Shown in pieces: positions 52,743-62,391 of a stretch of 64,000 bases of DNA (position 1 is its first letter; each line of letters begins with the position of its first letter). Both the position numbers and the translations under genes were made by a program. The DNA is from an uncultured bacterium. GTDB taxonomy: Bacteria; Krumholzibacteriota; Krumholzibacteriia; Krumholzibacteriales; Krumholzibacteriaceae. Under the pieces are notes generated by a model. It searched no databases and was not told where the DNA came from. It saw nothing but the letters and a program-made list of their open reading frames with translations. The stretch is taken from contig CAWFAD010000011.1 of the NCBI GenBank assembly GCA_963813815.1, positions 160,001 through 224,000 of the forward strand, read 5' to 3'.

Positions 52743-53786
52743 CTACATCTCCTTCTTCGCCTTTCGCACCATGAGATCCTTCATCGCGCGCCGCGGATCC
52801 TTTCCGCGAAAGAGCACGCGGTACACCTGCTCCGCGATGGGAAGCTCGACGTCCACCCGCGCGGCGAGCCTCACCGCGGCCTTCGTCGTTTTGACCCCTT
52901 CGGCCACCATGACCATCTCAGAGAGCACCTGCGCGAGCTTCTTCCCCCTCCCGATCTCCTCTCCGACGTGACGGTTCCGGCTGTGGCGGCTCATGCACGT
53001 GACGATGAGATCCCCCACCCCCGCGAGGCCGCTCAGTGTCTCTTCCTTGCCCCCCATGCGGCAGGCGAGCCGTTTCATTTCCGCGAGCCCCCGCGTGAGG
53101 AGCGCGGCCTTCGTGTTGTCCCCGAAACCGAGCCCGTCGCAGATGCCCGCGGCTATGGCTATCGTGTTTTTGAGGGAAACGCCGAGCTCCACGCCGACGA
53201 GGTCGGTGTTCGTATAGACGCGGAAGTAGTCCGTCATGAAGAAACGCTGAATCTCGTCGAGAACCTCCTGGTCCGTTCCCGCGACCACGATCGCCGTCGG
53301 AATCCTCCGGCTGACCTCCTCGGCGTGGCTCGGGCCGAGAAGGCCGACGATACGCCGCTTCGGCGTCGGAAGCTCCTGCGAGAGCACCTCGCTCATGCGG
53401 CAGAGGCTCCGCTCCTCGATTCCCTTCGCCGCGTTGATGACGATGGCCCGGCGGTCGAGCGCGCCGCTCGACGCGGCCGCGCGGGCAACCGACCTCATGG
53501 TGTGGCTCGGCGTGACGAACACCACGCGGGAAGCCCCGTCGAGAGCGGCCTCGAGGTCGCTCGTGATCCGGATGGAGCGCGGCACGGGCACTCCCGGCAG
53601 GAAACGCCGATTCTCGCCGTCCCGCCGGATGGCCGCGGCGAGATCGGGAAAGTATTCCCAGAGCGCGACATCGTGCCCGATCTCGTCGAGGAGGACGGCG
53701 AGCGTCGTTCCCCAGCTCCCGGCCCCGAGCACCGCCGCCCGGGTTCCGGTCTTTCCCTTCCTTTTCTTTCCGGCCCCCCCCGTCAA
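52743..53786 (-). CDS. gpsA: NAD(P)H-dependent glycerol-3-phosphate dehydrogenase
   Basis: GAGSWGT, GPSHAEE, LKNTIAI, GDLIVTC.SRHSRN. Confidence 0.96.
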   Translation of the reverse strand: MTGGAGKKRKGKTGTRAAVLGAGSWGTTLAVLLDEIGHDVALWEYFPDLAAAIRRDGENRRFLPGVPVPRSIRITSDLEAALDGASRVVFVTPSHTMRSVARAAASSGALDRRAIVINAAKGIEERSLCRMSEVLSQELPTPKRRIVGLLGPSHAEEVSRRIPTAIVVAGTDQEVLDEIQRFFMTDYFRVYTNTDLVGVELGVSLKNTIAIAAGICDGLGFGDNTKAALLTRGLAEMKRLACRMGGKEETLSGLAGVGDLIVTCMSRHSRNRHVGEEIGRGKKLAQVLSEMVMVAEGVKTTKAAVRLAARVDVELPIAEQVYRVLFRGKDPRRAMKDLMVRKAKKEM

Positions 53787-54403
53787 AAGATCCTCTTTTC
53801 CGCGCCCTCGCGCAGCCGCGCGATATTGGAGCGATGCTTGACGATGACGATGACCGCCACGGCGGCGGCGAGAATCGTAACGGCGTAATGCGTCCGCGCG
53901 CCGAGGAATCGGTTGGCGAACGCTATCGATACGGGAAGGAACGCGGCCGCCGCGATGCTTGCCACCGATACGATTCGCGTCGCGAGCAGCATGGCGAGCC
54001 AGAGAGCGAAGCAGAGCGCCGTCGCCGCGGGCGCGAGAGCGAGGAACGCCCCCGCCGTCGTGCCGACGCCCTTGCCCCCGGAAAATCGCATGAAGACCGA
54101 GTAGTTGTGGCCCAGCACCACGGCGAGAGCCGCGGCGAGCGCGAGAACGGTTCCTCCCCCGCCCAGCCTCGGAAAGAGGTACACCGCCGCGAACCCCTTC
54201 CCGATGTCGAAGAGGAGCACGGGGAGGGCGGCCGTGAACCCGAGAACGCGGAACGCGTTCGCGGCGCCGAGGTTGCCGCTCCCGTGCTCGCGGAGATCGA
54301 TGCCGCGGAGCAAACGCCCCGCGATGTAGCTCGCTGGGATGGATCCGATGAGATAGCTCGACACCGAGACGATCAGGATATAGAACGGGAGCGCCGCCAT
54401 CAT
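53783..54403 (-). CDS. plsY: Glycerol-3-phosphate acyltransferase PlsY
   Basis: YLIGSIP, GSGNLGAAN, DIGKG, GHNYS, GGKGV, HRSNIARL. Confidence 0.95.
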   Translation of the reverse strand: MMAALPFYILIVSVSSYLIGSIPASYIAGRLLRGIDLREHGSGNLGAANAFRVLGFTAALPVLLFDIGKGFAAVYLFPRLGGGGTVLALAAALAVVLGHNYSVFMRFSGGKGVGTTAGAFLALAPAATALCFALWLAMLLATRIVSVASIAAAAFLPVSIAFANRFLGARTHYAVTILAAAVAVIVIVKHRSNIARLREGAEKRIF

Positions 54404-55716
54404 CTCTCCTTCGATTTGAGCAAGATTATAATGGCGGTGCCTTCGAAAGCAAACATTTTTCTGAGCTGATTGTTGATGTAACGTATATACGATCTCGGAA
54501 AATAGGCCGCTTTGTTGACAAACAGGGTGAAGGTGGGCGGTTTCACCCCCGTCTGCGTCGCATAATATATCTTGCCCGCCCCTCCCGCGTAGTAGCCGGG
54601 GGGTGTGGCGGCGGTGATCGATTCGATCGCCTTGTTGAGCCGCGCCGTGGAGACTTTCGTCTCGCGCGCCTTCTGGATCTTGGCGGCGAGCGGGAGGATT
54701 CGTTCGATGCGCTGATGCGTGAGCGCCGATATGGTCAGCACCGGAGCGTAGTAGAGAAACTGCATCGACTCGCGGACCGTCTTGATGAAGGCCGCTTCCG
54801 TCTTCGAATCCTTCTCCACGAGATCCCATTTGTTCGCGAGGACGATGATTCCCGCCCGCGCGCGATGCCCCTCGGACGCGACCCGAACGTCCTGCCGCGA
54901 TATCGGCACGGAGGCGTCGATCATGACGAGGACGACGTCCGCATGCCGCGCGCTCGAGAGGCTGCGGTGGCTCGTGATGGCCGCGAGCCCCCGCTGCGTT
55001 CGCGCGCGCCGCTTCACGCCCGCAGTGTCGATGAGGACGAAGCTGCGCCCGGCGCGCTTCACGACGACGCTCACGGAATCGCGCGTCGTCCCGGGGATCT
55101 CGGAAACGATGTTTCGCTCCTCGCCGATGAGGCCGTTCACGAGCGAGCTCTTTCCGACGTTCGGTTTGCCGACGACGGCTATCGCGAGCGGATTCTCCGG
55201 GATCTGCCCCGAGCGCCGCGGGAGGCGCGATACGACCTCGTCGAGAATGTCCCCGACGCCGTCGCCGTGAATCGCGCTCGCCGGGAGCATGGGCTCGATT
55301 CCGAGCCGGTGGAACTCGTGCATGCTCCATCGGTCGGCGTCGTTCTCAACCTTGTTCACGACGAGTATCATCTTGCTCCGCTCGCCCCGCAGCTCGCGCA
55401 GCAGCGTTTCGTCCTCGTCCGTCGGACCGGTGTCTACGTCGCCGAGAAAGAGCACGACGTCCGCTTCCCGCGCGGTGGAGAGCACGCGATCGCGAACCCC
55501 GCGCGATATGACGTCGCGCGCGCCGAAGAAATATCCGCCCGTGTCCACCAAGGTGAAAGAAACGTCGTTCCAGACCACCATTTCCTCGACGACGTCGCGC
55601 GTCACGCCGCTCGTCGCGTGGACGATGGCGCGGCGCCGCCGCACGACCCGGTTGAAAAACGTCGATTTGCCCGAGTTCGGCTTGCCGACGATTGCGACGA
55701 CGGGGAGCCGTTTCAT
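54400..55716 (-). CDS. der: Ribosome biogenesis GTPase Der (EngA)
   Basis: Two G domains: GKPNSGKS/DTGG/NKVE and GKPNVGKS/DTAG/NKWD. Confidence 0.96.
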   Translation of the reverse strand: MKRLPVVAIVGKPNSGKSTFFNRVVRRRRAIVHATSGVTRDVVEEMVVWNDVSFTLVDTGGYFFGARDVISRGVRDRVLSTAREADVVLFLGDVDTGPTDEDETLLRELRGERSKMILVVNKVENDADRWSMHEFHRLGIEPMLPASAIHGDGVGDILDEVVSRLPRRSGQIPENPLAIAVVGKPNVGKSSLVNGLIGEERNIVSEIPGTTRDSVSVVVKRAGRSFVLIDTAGVKRRARTQRGLAAITSHRSLSSARHADVVLVMIDASVPISRQDVRVASEGHRARAGIIVLANKWDLVEKDSKTEAAFIKTVRESMQFLYYAPVLTISALTHQRIERILPLAAKIQKARETKVSTARLNKAIESITAATPPGYYAGGAGKIYYATQTGVKPPTFTLFVNKAAYFPRSYIRYINNQLRKMFAFEGTAIIILLKSKER

Positions 55717-57026
55717 GAGCGCGATCCTCCTCCGCAGCGCGCAAGGACGCGGCGTTCGAGAAATGTCCCGTGCGCCGCTATCACGCGCATCCCAAGGGCG
55801 CGGCCGAGATCGGCCGGACGGAGATCGTCCAGGAAGCGTCCCTCGTGATTGAGGGCGTTTCCCGGGACCACGAGGCAGCCGGAAATCCCTCGCGCGCGAT
55901 TGACGGCGCGAATAATGTCTCTTCCGGCCAGCAGTCCGCTCACGCCGACGGCGGGACCGAAGAGCGAGTTGTCAACGCAGAGCACCCGCGGCTTGAATCC
56001 GGGCATCTCCCGCGCGAGGAGCGGCTCCGCGTACCTCCGCATGAATCGCGAGCCGAGAGCGCCCGTGACGAGCGTCATGGCGAGCCCCGGGGGCGCCTTC
56101 CGGCCAAGACGCGAGGCGTCCGCGCGAAGCTCCTCGAGGAAGTGCCGGCACATGCCCACCCCATTCGAAAGCTGCGGGTAGCCGTCGTACTCCGCCGCCT
56201 CGGGAAGCGCCCGCCCGGCCGCGAGGTAAAACTCGTCTGCGAGATGCACGAACCCCTCCCCGCCCCGGCTCTTGCGGTGCCTCTCGCGAAACCTCCGGGC
56301 CCACGCGACGGTCTCGCGCGACTGGGCCGCGCCGACGCGCCGCAGCCTCGGGAGACCGCCGCGATGCGAGGTGACGCCGACCGGCACGACGGCCACGGAG
56401 CGGCACCCCGGATACAGCTCCGCGAGCGCCGAGACGGTCCGGCGGAGGGACGGGCCGTCGTTCACCCCCGGAACGAGCACGATCTGGGCGTGCACGACGA
56501 TTCCCGCGCGGACGAGGCGCCGCAGGTCCCTTATGATGTCGCGCCTCAGGGGGCGTCCGAACACGCGTTCGCGAATGTGCGGGTCGATCGCGTGCACGGA
56601 TACGTAGAGGGGCGAAAGGCCGAGGGAAGCGACGCGCCGCAGGTCCTCGTCGGTCACGTCGTTCAGCGTGACGAAGTTGCCGTAGAGGAAGCTCAGCCGG
56701 TAATCGTCATCCTTCTCATAGAGGGAAGGGCGCATGCCTGCCGGCATCTGGTCCATGAAACAGAAGATGCAGCGGCTCCGGCACGGAATGAAGCGCATCT
56801 CCTCGAAAACGAGTCGCGCGCGCGCGAAGGCGCCGAACGACAATCTGCGGGACCGCTCCTTCCCCCCGCGCCGTACGCCGAACAAGGCGGATCCCTCGCC
56901 GGAGGTGTGAAACAGCGCGTCGAGCTGGTCCGCGACGCGGAGTCCGTCGATCGAGACGAGCTCGTCCCCCGCCCGGAAGAATCCGGATGCGCCGTCGACT
57001 CGAAGTATGCGGACCGGTTCGTTCAT
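55713..57026 (-). CDS. DUF512 / TIGR03279-like putative radical SAM protein
   Basis: CRSRCIFC, KDDDYRLSFLYGNFVTL, LADEFY, QLSNGVG. Confidence 0.88.
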   Translation of the reverse strand: MNEPVRILRVDGASGFFRAGDELVSIDGLRVADQLDALFHTSGEGSALFGVRRGGKERSRRLSFGAFARARLVFEEMRFIPCRSRCIFCFMDQMPAGMRPSLYEKDDDYRLSFLYGNFVTLNDVTDEDLRRVASLGLSPLYVSVHAIDPHIRERVFGRPLRRDIIRDLRRLVRAGIVVHAQIVLVPGVNDGPSLRRTVSALAELYPGCRSVAVVPVGVTSHRGGLPRLRRVGAAQSRETVAWARRFRERHRKSRGGEGFVHLADEFYLAAGRALPEAAEYDGYPQLSNGVGMCRHFLEELRADASRLGRKAPPGLAMTLVTGALGSRFMRRYAEPLLAREMPGFKPRVLCVDNSLFGPAVGVSGLLAGRDIIRAVNRARGISGCLVVPGNALNHEGRFLDDLRPADLGRALGMRVIAAHGTFLERRVLARCGGGSRS

Positions 57027-57032
57027 ACGACG

Positions 57033-57067
57033 AAAACCCCCCTCAAGCGCCCGCTCGAAGGGGGTTC
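57033..57067 (-). terminator. Hairpin terminator after tRNA-Gly
   Basis: Minus strand AACCCCCTTCGAGC-loop-GCTTGAGGGGGGTTTT. Confidence 0.6.
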
Positions 57068-57076
57068 ACGCGAATT

Positions 57077-57152
57077 TGGAGCGGGCAACGGGATTCGAAC
57101 CCGCGACTCTCAGCTTGGGAAGCTGATACTCTACCAGCTGAGCTATGCCCGC
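57077..57152 (-). tRNA. tRNA-Gly(CCC)
   Basis: GCGGGCATAGCTCAG...TCAGC-TTCCCAA-GCTGA...TGCCCGCTCCA. Confidence 0.97.
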
Positions 57153-57201
57153 GTGATTCCCGATGATGCACCCCGTAAGGTATCAGGTAATTCCCTAAAA
57201 G

Positions 57202-58137
57202 TCAATCGTCTTTCGCCGCGCGCGCCGTACGGGCGATGCGGGCGATCTGTTCCGCCGTCTGCGTTTCGTCGGCCCGGAACCAGACCACGTCGGGCTCCTT
57301 CTTGAACCACGTGATCTGGCGTTTGGCGTATTGATGCGTGAGCTCGCGTATGCGCCTCGCCGTTTCTTCGATCGGCGTATCCTCGAGGATGTGCGAGACG
57401 ATTTCCGGGTAGCCGAGAGTCATCATTCCGGGCCAGTCCGGATCCGCCCCTTCCTCGAGGAGCGCCCGCGCCTCGTCCACCCATCCGCGCTTCAGCATCG
57501 CCTCGACGCGCTCATCGATCCGCCGGTGCAACTCGTGCCGCGGAAGCTCGAGACCGATCTTGAGGAACCTCATCTTCGGCTCCGCGGAATCGTCTTGCCG
57601 GCGTTTGAGGTGCTCCGAAAGCGGAACGCCGGAAAGCTCGTACACCTCGAGCGCGCGGACAACGCGGTAGCGGTCGTTCGGGTGGATGCGCCTCGCGCTC
57701 TCCGGATCGACGGCGACGAGCCTGCGGCGGAGATCCTCGTCGGAGGCGTCCGCCACCGAACGCGAGAAGGCCTCGCGACCGGCGGGCGCGAGAGCGATAT
57801 CGAAGAGCCCCTCGCTCGCGGCGCGGAAATAGAGCCCCGATCCCCCGGCGAGGATCGGCAGCCTCCCCCGCCCGGCGATCGCCGCCGCGGCCTCCCGGGC
57901 CAGGCGGGCGAAAGATGCGGCGCTGCTCTTTTCGTGAAGGTCGAGAATGTCGATGAGGTGATGCGGGATCTCTTGCCTCTCCTCCGCCGTCGGCTTCGCC
58001 GTTCCGATGTCGAGGCGGCGGTACGCCTGTCTCGAATCGATGGAGACGATCTCCGCGCCGATCTGCCGGGCGACGCGCATCGCCGCGGCGCTCTTGCCGC
58101 AGCCGGTGGGACCGATGATCGCGAGCGCCGTAATCAT
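57202..58137 (-). CDS. miaA: tRNA dimethylallyltransferase
   Basis: GPTGCGKS, DSRQAY, DIGTAKP, GGSGLY, YAKRQITWF. Confidence 0.96.
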   Translation of the reverse strand: MITALAIIGPTGCGKSAAAMRVARQIGAEIVSIDSRQAYRRLDIGTAKPTAEERQEIPHHLIDILDLHEKSSAASFARLAREAAAAIAGRGRLPILAGGSGLYFRAASEGLFDIALAPAGREAFSRSVADASDEDLRRRLVAVDPESARRIHPNDRYRVVRALEVYELSGVPLSEHLKRRQDDSAEPKMRFLKIGLELPRHELHRRIDERVEAMLKRGWVDEARALLEEGADPDWPGMMTLGYPEIVSHILEDTPIEETARRIRELTHQYAKRQITWFKKEPDVVWFRADETQTAEQIARIARTARAAKDD

Positions 58138-59893
58138 GCGCGTTCCGCCGACACCCCGCGGGCAAACCGCCTCTCGAGCTCGGCGAGGCTCACCCGGAGC
58201 ATCGTCGGCCGCCCGTGGGGACAGGTGTAGGGAAGCTCCGTCGCGAAGAGCTGATCGGCGAGGCTCTCCATCTCCTCGGCGGAGAGCCTCATCCCCGCCT
58301 TGATCGCCGCCCGGCAGGCGTAGCTGCGCAGGAAGCCCTCGACTCCGCTTCGCCCTTCGCCGAGAACCTCCTGCAGCAGGCGGCCGTCGTTCCAGTTGTG
58401 CACGCCCGCCGGAATGCCCCGAACGATGATCGAGCGCGGGCCGAACGGCTCCGTGTCGAATCCGACCGACGCGAGCGAGCCCCCGAGCGACTCGTACCGC
58501 TCGAACTCGTCCGGCGAGAGCGTGATGGCGGCGGGAAAGAGAAGAGACTGGGCCAGGGCGCGCGCGCCCGAAATCGACGCCCGGGCTCGATCGAAGAGGA
58601 TACGTTCGTGAGCCGCGTGCTGATCGATGATGACGAGCCCTCCCCGGATCTGTATGAGAATGAAGCTCTGGTGGAGCTGCCAGTAGAGGCCTCCCGCCGC
58701 CGAGGCGCCGATCGCTCCTTCCGGCCCGAAGAGCGGGACGGGAGACTCGCGGAGCGCTGATTCCGCGGCGGCCGCGAGCGGCTCGCCCGCCCCCGCCGGG
58801 GAGTCGAAGAGATCCCGGGGGATCGCCGACGGCATCGCTCGCCCGCCGGGACCGCTTTCCGGAATGATGCTCCGGTATATCGATTCGACCGTTTCCGCGT
58901 ATCCGGGGCCGGGTGCGCCGAGCGCCCCCCGAATGGCCGACCGGACGATTCGGTGCATCTCCGCCTCGTCCCTGAAGCGCACCTCCGCCTTCGCGGGGTG
59001 CACGTTCACGTCGATCGCGCCGGCGGGAACGGCTATCGCCAGCACGACGGCAGGATAGGCGTTGCGCGGGATGAGCGACTCGTACGCGTGGCTCACCGCG
59101 TGCGAGAGAAGGCGGTCCTTGACGTAGCGCCTGTTCACGAAGAAATACTGCAGCGAGCGGTTCGACCGGGCGAAATCGGGCCTCGAAACATAGCCGGATA
59201 CGTGGAACGCGCCCTCTTCGTGCTCCACTCTCGCGAGATGACCGGCGAGCTCCCCCCGAGAACGAGCTCAACGCGCTCGTCGAGGCGCGACACCGGGTAC
59301 GAGCAGACGTCCCTCCCCCCTTCCCGCAGCACGAACGCCGCGGCGGGATACGAGAGCGCGTACGCCTGTACGACCCCCGCGATACGCCGGAGCTCCGATG
59401 CGCCGCTTCGCAGAAACTTTTTCCGCGCGGGGAGATTGAAGAACAGTTGCTCGACGACGACCTCCGTTCCCGGAGTCCGGACGCAGGGGGCGTCCCCGGC
59501 CGGCGTCGCGCCGCGGAAACGGAGCTCTCTCCCGATCTCCTCCTCCCTTGCGCGGGAACGAATCGTGAGCGCCGACACCGCGCGGATGCTCGCGAGCGCC
59601 TCCCCCCGGAACCCGAGGGTCTCGACGCGCGAGAGATCCGCGATCTCCCATATTTTGCTCGTGGAAAAATTCTCGACCGCGAGTGGAAGCTCCCGCGCGC
59701 GGATCCCCGCCCCGTCGTCGTCGACGCGGATGGACGTCTTGCCTCCATCGACGAGATCGATCGCGACGCGCGTCGCCCCGGCGTCGAGCGAGTTCTCGAC
59801 GAGCTCCTTCACCACGCTCGAAGGACGCTCGACGACCTCGCCGGCCGCGATGAGTGAGGATACGCCCGAATCGAGCGTGCGGATCGACGACAC
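58134..59893 (-). pseudogene. mutL: DNA mismatch repair protein MutL, frameshifted in a G6 run at 59252-59257
   Basis: IAAGEVVERP, KELVENSLDAGA, GFRGEAL in one frame; DVNVHPAK, DQHAAHER, CPHGRP in the other. Confidence 0.9.
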
Positions 59894-60012
59894 GCGCTGC
59901 TCCTTTTCCTCCGGGGCGGTCGAGCGACCGGCGACCGGCGCATGAGGCCTGAATGTGTGGGAAGATAGCACACGCCCCGCTGCCCGCGCAATCGCGAAGC
60001 GGATCGGTCCGA

Positions 60013-62364
60013 TCAGGAGCCCTGCTGCATTCTGGAGGTGGCCTCGGCGATGAGCTCGGCCGCCGTCGCGGCGCCGCCGGGGTACATGGCATAACCGTGG
60101 GAGGGATAAAACGCGGCGGGGTCATGGAGGCCCTTTTCCTTGAGCGTGTTCACGATGAACGCGCTGACGCGCTCTTCGAGGTAGGCCATCCGCTGGTGCC
60201 GTTCGATGGACAGAACGGCGAAGAGATCCGTTTCCATCCAGGAGAAGAAATCCGTTTTCCGGACCTGCCTCCTCACGCCCATGCTGAGCTCGTTGATGAG
60301 CATGAGCGCCTGCTGGTGATCGCGCTGAAAGAACCCTGCGAGGCCGTGGACGCGGAACATCGTCAGTATGAAGCCGTGATGGTACCGTTCGGCGCGCTCG
60401 ATCTCCTCGCGAATGCGCTCGAGCATGAGACGCTGGTTGTAGCGGAGAAGATCGTCGAAACTGAGCGCATCGGCGGAGGCGCGTCTCTCGTCCGGCCGCA
60501 GAAAGAGCGGCGAGAGCAGCTCTTCCGCCTTCCTGAGGAGCGAGAGCTCGTGCTCGCCGAATATCGAAGAATCGAGCGGGCTCGTCGGAACCTTGTCGTA
60601 TCCGATGAAAACCACGCTCGCCTCGCCCGATCGGTGAATCGGAAAGCCGATTACCGAGCGCGCCGGGGAGGGCTTTTCGACGAGATCCATCTCCGGCGAG
60701 AGATAGCTGAGGCACGCCGCTTCGCCGCGCGCACGCACCATCTCGAGCATCTCGGCGTCGTATTCGAGGCGCCGCCGGCGTTCCGACTCGTCCTCGGGGA
60801 ACCCGTGATAGGCCGATTCCCTGCGATCGGGGCCTTCGTAATGAACGCTTCCCATGGAGGCCTTGACGAGAGTCGCGAGAAGCGTCGGAAGGCGTCCGAT
60901 CTTGACGGAGAGGCTCTCCAGAGCGAAGAACGCGGGCGCCAGCGAAGCGAGCTCCTCGAGGCTCTCGAGCTTGCGGGCCTGCCGCGCGTCGCGGATGAGC
61001 GAGTAAGTGAAGAAACCGACCTGAAAGCGCAGCGCGTCTTTGAGTCTCAGAAACATTTGGAACGCCGGAAGGTTCGAGAACTCGAGAACGAGCACCCCGA
61101 GCGGTTCGTGGTGCACGAGCGGAACGAAGATCGAGGTAATGGCGCCGTCCGTTGTTTTCAGCCGGAGTCCCGTGTCGACGACCGCCTCGGTCATCACGAT
61201 TTCCTCGCCGTCGATGTACGCGCGCGCGAGGCTTCCCTTGTTGCACCGGATTCGCGGGCTCTGGGCATCGACGGGAATCTGCTGGTCGCTGCCTCCGAGG
61301 ATGAGCCAGTCGCCCTCATCCGTGGCCGTGTATATCGCCGCCGTGTCGGCGGAGAGCTTTCGCGCGATGAACTTGCAGAGCAGGGTGAATTTCTCGTGAA
61401 ATCCGGTCTGATTGTGAAAGAGCGTTTCGAGATACTGACGAATCTGAAATTCGAGCTCCCGAACGACCTGCGCGTCGATCATGATGTGCTGGTTGAGGAT
61501 CGGGGCGATGCGCGCGGCCAGCGCCGAAATGGTGCCCAGATCGCGATCGCGCAGCCGACGCTCGCCGAGGTTCGTCGATACGTTCAGCACGCCGAGCAGG
61601 CGCTCGTCGTGGATGATCGGGGCCGAGAGGGCGCTCTGGATGGAGTCGCGCTCCCTGCCGCCGCGGTAGAGCGGGGCGTCGACGACATCCGTGATGAGGC
61701 GCGGCTCCCTCGTCTGTCCCACGAGACCCGCTATCCCTTCGCCGAGCTTCTGGCGCGTGCGCTCGACCACGTCCGAACTCAGGCCGCTCGCGTACCCGAT
61801 GTAGAGCTCGCGCGTTTCCGGGGAGAAGAGCATGATCGAACCGCTCGACGCCCCCACGGTGCGGACGGAGATTTCGAGGAGCCACTTGAGCAGGCGCTCG
61901 CGGTCCGTAATGCGGTTCATGTACTCGAACGCTTCCTCGAGATGCACGGGCCAGGTCTCCGGGCTCCCCGTCTCCTCCTCCTCCTCCTCGGACGGCGAGA
62001 GATGGCTCACCGCCTCCGCCGGATTGACCACCCGTTTTCTCTCGGCTCCGAGCGCCATGAGCTCCTGCTCGAAGCGCTTGCGTTTCTCGGTGACGATGAT
62101 GTAGTCGGCGGCGAGAAACGCCGGGAGAAAGCCTTCGTCGGAAAAGCAGGGGATGCCGATGATCTCGGCGATCTCGAGCGCGACGGCCCGGGAATCGCGG
62201 TCATATATGCCGACGATCTCGACGCCCGGGGTGCGATTGAACTCGCTCAGTATGTTGAGCTCCTCCTCGCCGCCTCCGAGTATCGCGATTTTTATCGGCT
62301 TCCGGGATGAATCCACCTGCGGCTCCGCTCCTTGCGTTAGGGTAACCCGTTGCGAGTAAAGCAA
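60013..62364 (-). CDS. Multi-GAF protein with N-terminal Rossmann-like and C-terminal degenerate GGDEF domain (start uncertain)
   Basis: IAILGGG...VGIYD N-terminus; LGEGIAGLV GAF; EEIERAERY...RKTDFFSWMETDLF...GYAMYP. Confidence 0.75.
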   Translation of the reverse strand: MLYSQRVTLTQGAEPQVDSSRKPIKIAILGGGEEELNILSEFNRTPGVEIVGIYDRDSRAVALEIAEIIGIPCFSDEGFLPAFLAADYIIVTEKRKRFEQELMALGAERKRVVNPAEAVSHLSPSEEEEEETGSPETWPVHLEEAFEYMNRITDRERLLKWLLEISVRTVGASSGSIMLFSPETRELYIGYASGLSSDVVERTRQKLGEGIAGLVGQTREPRLITDVVDAPLYRGGRERDSIQSALSAPIIHDERLLGVLNVSTNLGERRLRDRDLGTISALAARIAPILNQHIMIDAQVVRELEFQIRQYLETLFHNQTGFHEKFTLLCKFIARKLSADTAAIYTATDEGDWLILGGSDQQIPVDAQSPRIRCNKGSLARAYIDGEEIVMTEAVVDTGLRLKTTDGAITSIFVPLVHHEPLGVLVLEFSNLPAFQMFLRLKDALRFQVGFFTYSLIRDARQARKLESLEELASLAPAFFALESLSVKIGRLPTLLATLVKASMGSVHYEGPDRRESAYHGFPEDESERRRRLEYDAEMLEMVRARGEAACLSYLSPEMDLVEKPSPARSVIGFPIHRSGEASVVFIGYDKVPTSPLDSSIFGEHELSLLRKAEELLSPLFLRPDERRASADALSFDDLLRYNQRLMLERIREEIERAERYHHGFILTMFRVHGLAGFFQRDHQQALMLINELSMGVRRQVRKTDFFSWMETDLFAVLSIERHQRMAYLEERVSAFIVNTLKEKGLHDPAAFYPSHGYAMYPGGAATAAELIAEATSRMQQGS

Positions 62365-62391
62365 AAGTTGAGCCAGAAATCGCGGCGGGTT

